DNA from: Gemmatimonadota bacterium
Lineage (GTDB): Bacteria; JAAXHH01
Reading direction: 5' to 3'
DNA length: 64,000 nt
Assembly: GCA_026705925.1 (NCBI GenBank)
Contig: JAPOZT010000015.1
Span: 123,144-187,143 of the forward strand
Shown: piece by piece, positions 1 to 9,330 of the stretch
Position numbering within the stretch: the stretch's first letter is position 1
Layout of the letters: every line of letters begins with the position of its first letter
Translations under genes and position numbers: made by a program
The notes under the pieces: generated by a model
What the model saw: only the letters and a program-made list of their open reading frames with translations
Databases searched by the model: none
Told to the model about the DNA's origin: nothing

Positions 1-2
1 GC

Positions 3-164
3 GCCGCCCTGGATGACCTGGTACACGCGCTGGACACCGGCGCAACGCCGCGCTTCACCGTCCGGGACGCCCGGGACCACATGGAAGTGTTGCTCGCGGG
101 TTACGAATCTATCGTGAGGAACCGGCCGGTACGTCTGCCCCTGTGCGGCGGGGAGGCGGCGTGA
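3..164 (+). CDS. 3' fragment of a probable Gfo/Idh/MocA-family oxidoreductase (runs off window start)
   Basis: Own translation of frame 3: AALDDLVHALDTGATPRFTVRDARDHMEVLLAGYESIVRNRPVRLPLCGGEAA*, typical C-terminal helix of this family; TGA overlaps next GTG (GTGA 161-164). Confidence 0.55.
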   Translation, partial: AALDDLVHALDTGATPRFTVRDARDHMEVLLAGYESIVRNRPVRLPLCGGEAA

Positions 165-982
165 GGGAAATCGATGGGCTGGTCATAGGCGGTCCGCGGG
201 AATTCGATTTCTACCGGGAGGATTTCGAGGCGCAGGACGGCGTGGTGTTCGCCCGGCCGAACGCGGGACGGCCGAACGCCCTCGACGCGTACCTGCCCCG
301 GCAGGCCCTTTTCCTGTCACCCTACCGGGGCATGGCCGTGGATGCGGCACGCCTGGCTGAAAAGGGTGTCGACGTGCGAACGGCCGGTCCGCTGCCCGTC
401 CGAGCGCGTAATCTGGATATACCCATCACGGATATCCACCGGTCCGATGCCGGATTCCGGACGATGCTTGAAACGAGCCGCCACGCCGATTTCGGGGAAC
501 CGGTATACCTTCGTCTGATTTCCTCGCCGGGAGGGGGGAAGTGGCAGAAGTGGTGGTGTATCTTCCAGTCGTGCCGCAAGGCCGCGGCGCTGCTGGATGC
601 TCCCCTGCGCCGCGTGTACGTAGCCGCGACGGGTTCGGCGCGAAGTCTCCACGTGAGCATTACGCTGAAGACGGACCGTCATTCCACCGGTCATCTGCTG
701 GTGTCACCGAGCAGGTCCCGGCTGCAGGACGACCTGTTCCTGGTGGGAACGGGCGGTACGCTGGCGGACGATCCTCTGCTCAATCAACCCGGCATGTACG
801 GGAATTCGGACTACCGCATGATGTCGAGGCCTGCCCGGCGGTGTCTGGCCGACCTGTGGAGGAATGAGGCCCTGATCACCCTGTCCGCCGACGAACGGCG
901 TTTCTACCAGGACCTGCTCCGTGCGATCGGCGACGCGTCGCGGTCACGGAGCGGAATCTGCCTGGAATACCCCACGGCCTGA
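161..982 (+). CDS. Hypothetical protein, possibly a degenerate Gfo/Idh/MocA-like fold
   Basis: ORF 143..982; GTG at 161 coupled to upstream stop; 'FGEPVYLRL..LFLVGTGGTL..SRSRSGICL' loosely resembles the oxidoreductase C-domain, no GxGxxG. Confidence 0.5.
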   Translation: MREIDGLVIGGPREFDFYREDFEAQDGVVFARPNAGRPNALDAYLPRQALFLSPYRGMAVDAARLAEKGVDVRTAGPLPVRARNLDIPITDIHRSDAGFRTMLETSRHADFGEPVYLRLISSPGGGKWQKWWCIFQSCRKAAALLDAPLRRVYVAATGSARSLHVSITLKTDRHSTGHLLVSPSRSRLQDDLFLVGTGGTLADDPLLNQPGMYGNSDYRMMSRPARRCLADLWRNEALITLSADERRFYQDLLRAIGDASRSRSGICLEYPTA

Positions 983-1027
983 CCGATTCGGGCCAGTGAC
1001 CGATTCGGGCCCGTGACGGATTCGGTG
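980..1027. repeat. 17-bp tandem repeat x~3 (TGACCGATTCGGGCCAG)
   Basis: Units at 980, 997, 1014; first unit starts at the stop codon of the upstream ORF. Confidence 0.85.
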
Positions 1028-1090
1028 TTGTGGTTGTGCGGACCGGCGCGTTTCAAGGATTGGGTGCGTTCCTGAGGATAGAAGGTTACC

Positions 1091-2080
1091 ATGACCGTCA
1101 TTTCCCCATCTGCCGTCAGCGTCGAGTCGGAAGAGACCGGCCCGGCGTCTCTGCCCTTCCTGCGGCGCATGCTGAAGCACCACATGGTCTGCGCCGGCGG
1201 CGGCCTGGTCCTGTTCCTGGCGGCCCTGGCACTGGCCGCCCCGGTCCTGACCGGGCTGGGTTATCTACAGGACCCCATGCAGCAGTTGGCGGACGGTCTC
1301 GATGCCGACGGGTTGCCCATCCCGCCCGGCGACCGGTTTCTCCTCGGCACGGACCAACTCGGACGGGACGTGCTGGCCCGCCTGGTGCACGGCACCCGCA
1401 TCTCCCTGCTCGTCGGCATCGTGGCCATGCTCATCGCCGTTTGCGTCGGGGTGACCGTGGGCATGCTGGCAGGATTCCATGGCGGCTGGGTGAACACCTT
1501 GCTCATGCGCGGGACCGACGTCATGCTGGCCATACCCGGGCTGCTTCTGGCCATCGCCTTCGCCGGACTGATGGATGGACGCGTGATCCGAATCCACTTC
1601 GAGTCCCTGGACTGGCACGTGCTGGATATCACGTTGAAACGGGGCCTTATCAGCGTGTTCCTCGTCATTGGGCTCGTAAGCTGGACCTGGATCGCCCGGA
1701 CCATCCGAAGCCAGGTACTGATCCTGAAGACCCGGGAGTTCGTTACGTCATCCCGGGCCATCGGCTGTTCCGACATCCGTATCATGGTGCGGCACCTCCT
1801 GCCCAACATCCTTCCCTTGACCATCGTGCTCGGTTCCCTGGCCACGGCGAATACCGTGCTGCTCGACGCCGGACTGAGCTATCTGGGGGTCGGCGTGCCG
1901 CCGCCCGCGCCTTCGTGGGGTACCATGATCGCGGAGGGACAGCCGTACTTCATCGTCTCTCCGCACCTCACCATGGCTCCGGGCCTGTTCATCGTCACGG
2001 CCGTGGTGGGATTCAACCTGCTCGGCCAGGGCCTGCAGGAAGTACTGGATCCCTACGTGAAGGAGGGACAGGGACGATGA
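1091..2080 (+). CDS. Peptide/nickel ABC transporter permease (DppC/OppC-like)
   Basis: LGTDQLGRDVLARLVHGTRISL, EAA-like loop 'REFVTSSRAIGCSDIRIMVRHLLPN', LSYLGVGVPPPAPSWG. Confidence 0.93.
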   Translation: MTVISPSAVSVESEETGPASLPFLRRMLKHHMVCAGGGLVLFLAALALAAPVLTGLGYLQDPMQQLADGLDADGLPIPPGDRFLLGTDQLGRDVLARLVHGTRISLLVGIVAMLIAVCVGVTVGMLAGFHGGWVNTLLMRGTDVMLAIPGLLLAIAFAGLMDGRVIRIHFESLDWHVLDITLKRGLISVFLVIGLVSWTWIARTIRSQVLILKTREFVTSSRAIGCSDIRIMVRHLLPNILPLTIVLGSLATANTVLLDAGLSYLGVGVPPPAPSWGTMIAEGQPYFIVSPHLTMAPGLFIVTAVVGFNLLGQGLQEVLDPYVKEGQGR

Positions 2081-3744
2081 ATGGTACACAGGCACAGCAA
2101 TCCGCGGCGCTGCATTCCACGTTCGAAGCCGCCCCTGGTCCCCGGTTGTGGGCTTCGATGTGTCTTGTGGTGCTGTTCCTCGCGGTTTCATGTTCCGGAG
2201 ACGCCCCTCCCAGCCGTCTGCACCCGGAGGAGAACGTCCTGCGGATCGCCGTGCCATCGGACCCGCGATCACTCGATCCGGCCATCGCCTACGACGTGGT
2301 GACCTGGCCGCTGGTCCGCGCCATGTTCCACGGTCTGATCGATTATGACGACGATTTGAACCTGGTACCCTGGCACGCGCGTTCGTGGACGATCTCCGAG
2401 GATGGCCGGACCATTACCTTTAAATTGCGCCGGGACATCCGGTTCTCGAACGGCCGGCAAATCACCTCGGAAGATTTCGCCTGGTCCCTCCAACGGATCC
2501 TGGATCCCGCCACCAAATCCCCAGGGCAGGGGTTCTACCGGAACATCGCCGGTGCCCGGGCGTTTCAGGACAGTTCGGCGGACCGGGTCACGGGCCTGCG
2601 CACACCCGACCCCGAGACCCTGGTGATCGAGCTGGCCCATCCCGATCTGCCCTTCCTGTACTGCATGGCCATGCCCTTCGCGTACGCCGTACCACGAGAG
2701 GAGGTGGAGCGGCTCGGGGAGACTTTCGGTCGCTATCCCGTTGGCGCGGGACCCTTTGTGCTGGCGGACTGGCAGCGCGGAACGCGCATGCGTCTCGAGA
2801 AGAATCCATCCTACTACCGGGCGGACGAGGTCCGGCTGGAAGCCATCGAACTGATGGTCGGCGGAGACGAGACTCTGCACATGATGATGTTCGAACGGGG
2901 CGAGCTGGACATCGCGAGCGTTACGGCGACGGGGATTCCAGACGCGGACTTCATCCGGGTCATGAAAGACCCCGTCCTCAGCGAACGCGTCGCCCATCAA
3001 CCCTTGAACGCCATCCAGTACCTCTCCATGAACACCGAGATGCCGCCCTTCGACCACGTGAACGTGCGCAGGGCAGTCAACCACGCCATCGACCGGCAGC
3101 GGATCGTGAGCCTGATCAGCGACCGGGGCATCCTTGCCCGAGGCGTGCTGCCGCCCGGCATGCCGGGATTCAACGAGGAGCTCGAAGGATACGACCACGA
3201 CCCGGAAAAGGCCCGCAGGCTGCTCGCGGAGGCCGGATACCCGGATGGATTCACCACCGAACTCATGATAACGGCCCAAAGCGGCATCGATACCAAGATT
3301 GGACAGGCGGTGCAGCAGGACCTCGGAGAGGTCGGTATCACCGTGGAAATCAGGCCGGTCACCGGTTCGACGCGGATCGAAGCGACGGGCCGGCGCGGCG
3401 CGGTACCTTTCTCCACCTTCGGCTGGTACCAGGACTATCCGGATCCGAGCAATTTCCTCGACGTGCTCCTGAACGGCAACCGGATAACCGAGGTGAACAG
3501 CACCAACGTGGCATTCTATGACAATGCATCGGTAAATGCGTTGCTGGACGAGGCGTCCACCAGCACGGACATGGACTATCGCCTGGCACTCTACCGCGAG
3601 GCGGAGCGTCTGGTGGTGGAGGACGCGCCCTGGGTATTCCTGTACTACCCGCAGATGTACCTGCTCCGGCAACCCTGGCTCAAGGGCCTGAAGCTCAATC
3701 CGGTCTGGCCCATCCGCTATGAATTGATGTGGATCGAACCATGA
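2077..3744 (+). CDS. ABC transporter substrate-binding lipoprotein, family 5 (DppA/OppA-like)
   Basis: True start likely ATG 2077 (ATGA overlap); lipobox LAVSC; DPRSLDPA, PVGAGPF, PFDHVNVRRAVNHAIDR, GWYQDYPDP. Confidence 0.93.
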   Translation: MNGTQAQQSAALHSTFEAAPGPRLWASMCLVVLFLAVSCSGDAPPSRLHPEENVLRIAVPSDPRSLDPAIAYDVVTWPLVRAMFHGLIDYDDDLNLVPWHARSWTISEDGRTITFKLRRDIRFSNGRQITSEDFAWSLQRILDPATKSPGQGFYRNIAGARAFQDSSADRVTGLRTPDPETLVIELAHPDLPFLYCMAMPFAYAVPREEVERLGETFGRYPVGAGPFVLADWQRGTRMRLEKNPSYYRADEVRLEAIELMVGGDETLHMMMFERGELDIASVTATGIPDADFIRVMKDPVLSERVAHQPLNAIQYLSMNTEMPPFDHVNVRRAVNHAIDRQRIVSLISDRGILARGVLPPGMPGFNEELEGYDHDPEKARRLLAEAGYPDGFTTELMITAQSGIDTKIGQAVQQDLGEVGITVEIRPVTGSTRIEATGRRGAVPFSTFGWYQDYPDPSNFLDVLLNGNRITEVNSTNVAFYDNASVNALLDEASTSTDMDYRLALYREAERLVVEDAPWVFLYYPQMYLLRQPWLKGLKLNPVWPIRYELMWIEP

Positions 3745-3793
3745 AACACGGCCGAAACCATAGAAGACCCCTGCCCTATAGAAGGACCTCGCC

Positions 3794-4714
3794 ATGTTGA
3801 GCAGGATCCTGCGCCGCCTGGGATGGGCGGCCGTGATACTGTGGGGGACCACGGTGATCACGTTTTTGATCGTGCACGCGGTTCCGGCCGATCCGGTGCG
3901 GGTATACGCGGGGGCGAACGCCGATGCGGAAACCATCGAGCGGATCCGCACAGAAATGGGCTTCGATGATCCGCTCATCGTGCAGTACGGCCGCTATATC
4001 GGCAACCTTCTGCGGGGCGACCTCGGCACGTCCCTGGTGACGGGAGAGCGGGTGCTCGACGCCCTCCTGGCGAAGTTTCCGGTAACCCTTTCCCTGGCGC
4101 TGACCGCGGTATGCCTGTGGATGCTGATGAGCGTGCCGCTGGGTGTCCTCACGGCGAAATACCGCGGCCGGGCCATCGACCGGGCGGTGCTCATCGTATC
4201 CCTGGTCGCCATTTCCCTGCCGGTCTTCTGGCTGGCCCGCATGCTGCAGTACTACCTGGCCTACCGTACCGGGCTGTTTCCGGTGGCCGGATGGGCGGGC
4301 TGGACCCACATCATCCTGCCGGCGGCGACCCTCGCGCTGGTGATTACGGGCTACTACGCCCGGCTCGTTCACACGAACATGGTGGAGGTGCTGAACGCCG
4401 ATTACGTGCGCGTGGCCCGCGCCAAAGGGATCCCCGAGTACGCCGTCCTGTTCAAGCACGGGCTGCGGAACGCCGTCATCCCCGTCATTACCGTCCTGGG
4501 TCTCGACATGGCCGCGCTCATGGGCGGCGTGGTGTTCACCGAGAACGTCTTCGCCCTGCCCGGCCTGGGCGTCCTGGCCCTGCAGTCGGTCTTCAATCTC
4601 GACGTGCCCATGATCATGGGCGTCGTGCTCTTTTCGGCCGCGATGGTGGTCTGCGCCAACATCGTGGTGGATTTCGTGTATATGTGGATCGATCCCAGGG
4701 TCGAGGGGATGTAG
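3794..4714 (+). CDS. Peptide ABC transporter permease (DppB/OppB-like)
   Basis: GFDDPLIVQYGRY, GDLGTS, DYVRVARAKG, HGLRNAVIP, DPRV. Confidence 0.93.
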   Translation: MLSRILRRLGWAAVILWGTTVITFLIVHAVPADPVRVYAGANADAETIERIRTEMGFDDPLIVQYGRYIGNLLRGDLGTSLVTGERVLDALLAKFPVTLSLALTAVCLWMLMSVPLGVLTAKYRGRAIDRAVLIVSLVAISLPVFWLARMLQYYLAYRTGLFPVAGWAGWTHIILPAATLALVITGYYARLVHTNMVEVLNADYVRVARAKGIPEYAVLFKHGLRNAVIPVITVLGLDMAALMGGVVFTENVFALPGLGVLALQSVFNLDVPMIMGVVLFSAAMVVCANIVVDFVYMWIDPRVEGM

Positions 4715-4758
4715 CGTCCGGCTGACCGGCATCGGCCAGACGTCGGCCCGGAACCTTT

Positions 4759-5382
4759 TCAGGACAGCAGCGACGAAGTCAGCAGGTCCACCACCAGGTC
4801 TTCTTCTTCGTACCCGTAGGCCAGCCAGAACTGGTTGTCGTCGTGTTCCAGGATCATCGTGGGGAACTTGTCGGCGTGGAGGGACCGGCGAAGCGCGAAG
4901 TCCTCGTGGAGCAGTTCGTCGGTGCGGGCCGAAACGAGGTCATCAGAGAAACGCTTCGTGTCCAGCTTCAATTCGCCGGCGAGTTGAACGAGTGTTTCCG
5001 CGTCCGAGGGGTTACGCGCTTCGAGGTAGTAAGCCCGCTGGATCGCGTGAAACATCGCACCGATGCCGTCCGGCCGCTGCATCCCGGCGGCGATGACCGC
5101 CCGGCAAGCCGGATAGGTCGATCTCCTGGGCTCGCAGTCCTTCCAGAAATCCCAGTTGAATTCCGCGCCCGTCCTTTCGGCGACCAGCCGCCACTGGGAC
5201 TGCACGTAGGTCCGGGTTTCTTCAGGCATGGGGTCTTCAGCATCCCGGGCCAGGCCGCCCATGACGTAGCGGATGGGGATTTCTTCCGGAAGCACGCCGG
5301 AAACCGCCTCCAGCACCGGACTGAACCCCCAGCACCAGGAACACATGGGATCGGCGATGTAGTAGAGTACGTCGCGTTGCAA
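4759..5382 (-). CDS. DsbA-family thioredoxin-fold protein
   Basis: YYIADPMCSWCWGFSP CxxC motif, C-terminal FPT; start probably TTG at 5382. Confidence 0.88.
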   Translation of the reverse strand: MQRDVLYYIADPMCSWCWGFSPVLEAVSGVLPEEIPIRYVMGGLARDAEDPMPEETRTYVQSQWRLVAERTGAEFNWDFWKDCEPRRSTYPACRAVIAAGMQRPDGIGAMFHAIQRAYYLEARNPSDAETLVQLAGELKLDTKRFSDDLVSARTDELLHEDFALRRSLHADKFPTMILEHDDNQFWLAYGYEEEDLVVDLLTSSLLS

Positions 5383-5506
5383 ATTACACCGTCGCTTTCG
5401 TCGGTTGTGGACACCTAAAAAGACCTGTGCGCGTGCCATCGCGGAACGTATTATAGTGAAGCCGAGATCACCTTATCAAGAGAAGATATCACAAGGAGAT
5501 GCGCAT

Positions 5507-6595
5507 ATGTTCAACGGACTGGGCATGGACATGGGAAACCTGTCTCGCCTGTCGCGCGCCAAGACGCGGTCCATCTCGCCGGAAAACACGGACGGCGGCA
5601 AGGGCCGGGGCGGCATGGCCACGGAGGGCACCGGCGCCCATAACGCGCGGCACCTGGGGCAGGGTTGGAAGATCTCCCCTTCCTTCGACATCGAAGCGGG
5701 GGAAACGCTGACGATGGCCGATATCGAAGGGCCCGGGGCCATTCAGCATATCTGGTTGACGCCCACCGGCCACTGGCGCTTCGCGATCCTGCGTATCTAC
5801 TGGGATGACGAAGAGTATCCCTCCGTGGAATGCCCCATGGGCGATTTCTTCGCCTGCGGGTGGAGTGAATACGCCCACGTGTCCTCGCTGGCCGTGTGCG
5901 TGAACCCGGCCAGCGCGTTCAACTGCTACTGGGAGATGCCCTTTCGCAAGCGTTGCCGCATCACGCTGGAGAACATCGCCGACGAGAAGATGCGCGTGTA
6001 CTACCAGATCGACTACACGCTGACCGAGATCCCCGAGGATGTCGGCTACTTCCACGCGAGCTTCCGGCGGACGAACCCCGTTCCCTACAAAGAGGTGTTC
6101 ACCATACTGGACGGCGTGAAGGGGCACGGCCATTACGTCGGTACCTACATGGCGTGGGGATCCAACAGCAACGGATGGTGGGGCGAGGGGGAGATCAAAT
6201 TCTACATCGACGGGGACGACGAGTTTCCGACGATCTGCGGGACGGGCGTCGAGGACTACTTCTGCGGTTCGTACAACTTCGACATCGACGGCCGGTACGT
6301 GGAATACACCACCCCGTACGCAGGCATGCCCCAGGTCATCCGCCCCGACGGCATGTACAAGTCCCAGCAGCGGTTCGGCATGTACCGGTGGCACGTGTCG
6401 GATCCGGTGCGGTTCGAGGAGGACCTGAAGGTAACCATCCAGGCATTGGGCTGGCGGCAACTGCTCGGCTTTACCCAGGGCGGCCCGTACCAGGCGCTCC
6501 AGGACGACGTCGCTTCGGTGGCCTTCTGGTACCAGACCCTGCCGAGCGTGCCCTTCCCCGCGCTGCCGGACCGGGACCAACTGGAAGTCATCTGA
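5507..6595 (+). CDS. DUF2961 family protein (glycoside hydrolase family 172-like)
   Basis: AAGGAG RBS before ATG 5507; RSISPENTDGGKGRGG, GPGAIQHIW, WWGEGEIKFYIDGD, TGVEDYF, SVAFWYQ. Confidence 0.9.
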   Translation: MFNGLGMDMGNLSRLSRAKTRSISPENTDGGKGRGGMATEGTGAHNARHLGQGWKISPSFDIEAGETLTMADIEGPGAIQHIWLTPTGHWRFAILRIYWDDEEYPSVECPMGDFFACGWSEYAHVSSLAVCVNPASAFNCYWEMPFRKRCRITLENIADEKMRVYYQIDYTLTEIPEDVGYFHASFRRTNPVPYKEVFTILDGVKGHGHYVGTYMAWGSNSNGWWGEGEIKFYIDGDDEFPTICGTGVEDYFCGSYNFDIDGRYVEYTTPYAGMPQVIRPDGMYKSQQRFGMYRWHVSDPVRFEEDLKVTIQALGWRQLLGFTQGGPYQALQDDVASVAFWYQTLPSVPFPALPDRDQLEVI

Positions 6596-6642
6596 TCGGG
6601 AGAGGAGTTGCCTGCGGCAGTACGGCGTGATCACCGGGCCGC

Positions 6643-7905
6643 GTGAACATAATGGAACCGGAACAGCTTCAGTCGGTCCGCAGCCGGATCACCCACACCC
6701 TCTTCGTTACCCAGGCCCTCTTCGGCGCTACCCAGGTCGCGGCCTTCACGGTGGTGCCCATCCTGGCGGCGCAGTTGTCCGACAGCGAGCGCATGACGGG
6801 CGTGCCCATGACCATCGCCTTTCTCGCGCGCTCGATCAGCGCCTTCCCCTTCGGCTGGATCATGGACCGCCTGGGTCGCCGGGCCGGGCTTACGGCCGGA
6901 TACCTGTCGTCCCTGATCGCCGCCGCGGCCAGTTTCTTCAGCGTGGCCGTCCATTCCTTCGCGGGATTCTGCGTCGCGTCTTTCTTCGCCGGCATGGCGC
7001 GCAGTTCCAGCGAGCAGGCGCGTTTCATCGGCGCGGAAATCTATCCCGAAGACGAACGGGCGCGCATCATCGGCCGAATCGTGTCCGCCGGCACCATCAG
7101 CGCCATCGGCGGCGCCATGATGGTGGCGCCCGCGGGGATCTGGATCGCGCAGTACGGCTATCCGCCCATGTCGGGGCCCTTCGTCGTCGGCGTGGGCCTG
7201 AGCCTGGCGGCAGTCCTGCTTACCCTCTTCCTGGTCCGCCCCGACCCGCTCGACCTTGCCCGGCGCATCAAGCCTTCCGCCGAATCGGAAATCGACGAGA
7301 CGACCACCCGTCCCGTGCGGGAGATCCTCCGCAACGTGCACGTCCGGTACGGGATCGCGGCCATGGTGATCGGCCAGTTCGTCATGACGCTGCTCATGGT
7401 GATTACGCCCCTGCACATGAGCCACCACGACCACGGCACGTGGCTGATCTCGTGGGTCATCATGGCGCACGCCATCGGCATGTTCGGCGTTTCCGGCATC
7501 ACCGGGCGGCTGATCATGCGGTGGGGCCAGCACGCCATCGTGAAGTGGGGCGTGCTCATTCTCGTCGTATCCTGCGTGATCACCCCGGTTTCGCCCCGGT
7601 TCATCCCCCTGACGATCGCCCTCTTCCTCCTCGGCCTGGGGTGGAACTTCTGCTTCATCGCCGGCTCCTCCCTGCTTTCGAACGCGCTCGCGCCCCTGGA
7701 ACGGGGCCGCGTGCAGGGCGTCAACGAGATGTTCATCGCCCTGTCGGCGAGTTCGGCCAGCCTGGTGACGGGATTCCTCTTCGAATCGGGCGGCATGCTG
7801 CTGCTGGCGGCGATAGGGACCGCTTTCTCCGTCGGCCTGGGGTGCTGCAGCCTGGTTTATTCAAGGAAAACGGGGCGGGGGACGCTTGCGGAAGCGGCGG
7901 GATGA
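6643..7905 (+). CDS. MFS transporter
   Basis: About 12 hydrophobic segments; GWIMDRLGRR motif A; LGLGWNFCFIAGS. Confidence 0.9.
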   Translation: MNIMEPEQLQSVRSRITHTLFVTQALFGATQVAAFTVVPILAAQLSDSERMTGVPMTIAFLARSISAFPFGWIMDRLGRRAGLTAGYLSSLIAAAASFFSVAVHSFAGFCVASFFAGMARSSSEQARFIGAEIYPEDERARIIGRIVSAGTISAIGGAMMVAPAGIWIAQYGYPPMSGPFVVGVGLSLAAVLLTLFLVRPDPLDLARRIKPSAESEIDETTTRPVREILRNVHVRYGIAAMVIGQFVMTLLMVITPLHMSHHDHGTWLISWVIMAHAIGMFGVSGITGRLIMRWGQHAIVKWGVLILVVSCVITPVSPRFIPLTIALFLLGLGWNFCFIAGSSLLSNALAPLERGRVQGVNEMFIALSASSASLVTGFLFESGGMLLLAAIGTAFSVGLGCCSLVYSRKTGRGTLAEAAG

Positions 7906-8019
7906 GTACGGTGAGGCGGTCGGGAGGGGGCCGGCTGTGGAGAAGGCAGTCTGCGGTTGGGCGGCCGACTGAGCGCGGTGCGTTGAGCAGGAAGCGGCAG
8001 GATGAGCGCGGCAGGCTTG

Positions 8020-9186
8020 CTACGCGGACTCCGGGCGGACCGGAGCGGGAATCTCGTCCAACGAGGCACATCCCAGGTTGACCATGTTGACTTCGAGGTC
8101 GGCCTTCAGGATCTCGAAGGCGTGGTCGCCGCCCGTCTTGCCGAAGGCGCCTACACCGTACATGAAAGCCCTTCCCAGCATCACGAAATCAGCGCCCAGT
8201 GCGAGCGCTCGGATGATGTCCAGACCGGTGCGCACCCCGCTGTCGAAGAGGATGCGGGCCCGTCCGTTGACCTGTCGGACGATGGGCGGCAGTGCGTCGA
8301 TGGCGGCGAGCGTGCCGTCGAACTGCCGCGCGCCGTGGTTCGAGACCTGGATGCCGTCCACGCCGGCCTCGATCGCCCGCTCCGCGTCGTCGGGGTGCAG
8401 GACGCCCTTCACAATCACCGGTCCATCCCATAGATCACGGACTTCCCGGATATAGTCCCAGTCCAGGGTGCCGCCCAGTTCCTGGCCGACGTAACTCGCC
8501 ACCTCGCCCATCTGCTTCGAATCGGCGTACTTCTCGATGGCCCGGAGCCTGGGCAGCCCGGCGAGCAGGGTCTGGATCGTCCAGGTGGGGTGAGTCAGCG
8601 CTTCATACACGAAACCCGCCGTGATCCGCGGCGGCGTCTCCAGGCCCGCTCGGCTGGTCCGTTCCCTGCGGCTGCCCATGGGCACGTCCGCCGTCACCGC
8701 GAGCGTATGGAATCCCGCGTCCATCGCGCGCTTCAGCAGATCGTCGCGTACTTCGCGCCGCCGTGGCGGATAGAGCTGGAACCAGCCCATGTCGCCCACG
8801 ATGGGTCCGACCGTCTCCGGCGCCTGCGTGGCCACCGTGCTCAGGCAGTAGGGAAAGCGGTATTTCGCGGCCGAGGCGGCCAGGATGAACTCCGCCCGGG
8901 GCCACATGAGCCCGGTGAGTCCCACGGGCGCCATGCCGAAGGGCACGCTGTAGGTCCGTCCGAACAGGGTCGTGGTCAGATCCGGTTTCAGTTCGCCCTT
9001 CATGAAAACCGGTGCGAGCGAGACCTCCGCCATGCGCTCCAGGTTCCTCGCCACGGCCCGTTCGTCGCCCGTGCCGCAGTCGAGGTACTCCCAGGCGATG
9101 TGCGGTAGCCGCTTGCGCGTCAGCATCCGCAGGTCACTCACCGCGGGGTACCGTTGCAGCCGCCGTTTGAATCGCTTTTCCGTCAT
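8020..9186 (-). CDS. FMN-dependent alpha-hydroxy acid dehydrogenase (L-lactate/mandelate dehydrogenase family)
   Basis: SNHGARQFD, DSGVRTGLDIIRALALGA, WFQLY, GRAFMYG. Confidence 0.92.
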   Translation of the reverse strand: MTEKRFKRRLQRYPAVSDLRMLTRKRLPHIAWEYLDCGTGDERAVARNLERMAEVSLAPVFMKGELKPDLTTTLFGRTYSVPFGMAPVGLTGLMWPRAEFILAASAAKYRFPYCLSTVATQAPETVGPIVGDMGWFQLYPPRRREVRDDLLKRAMDAGFHTLAVTADVPMGSRRERTSRAGLETPPRITAGFVYEALTHPTWTIQTLLAGLPRLRAIEKYADSKQMGEVASYVGQELGGTLDWDYIREVRDLWDGPVIVKGVLHPDDAERAIEAGVDGIQVSNHGARQFDGTLAAIDALPPIVRQVNGRARILFDSGVRTGLDIIRALALGADFVMLGRAFMYGVGAFGKTGGDHAFEILKADLEVNMVNLGCASLDEIPAPVRPESA

Positions 9187-9330
9187 CCTTTTCGTTCCGG
9201 TTCGGATGGAAATGATCGGTTGATTTAGACCGTGGTCCTTCGTAATTTGCTACGGTTCCCGCGCCTCGATTTCCGGCGCGGATCGTACCCCAAGATAAAC
9301 GTACGCAACAAAAAGGCAAGGCGATCGAAA

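Noticed and set aside
1030..2076. N-terminal 349 aa of the 904-aa ORF as a fused domain
   Set aside because: Arg/Pro-rich off-frame shadow of the permease gene; the real SBP starts at ATG 2077 with a lipoprotein signal
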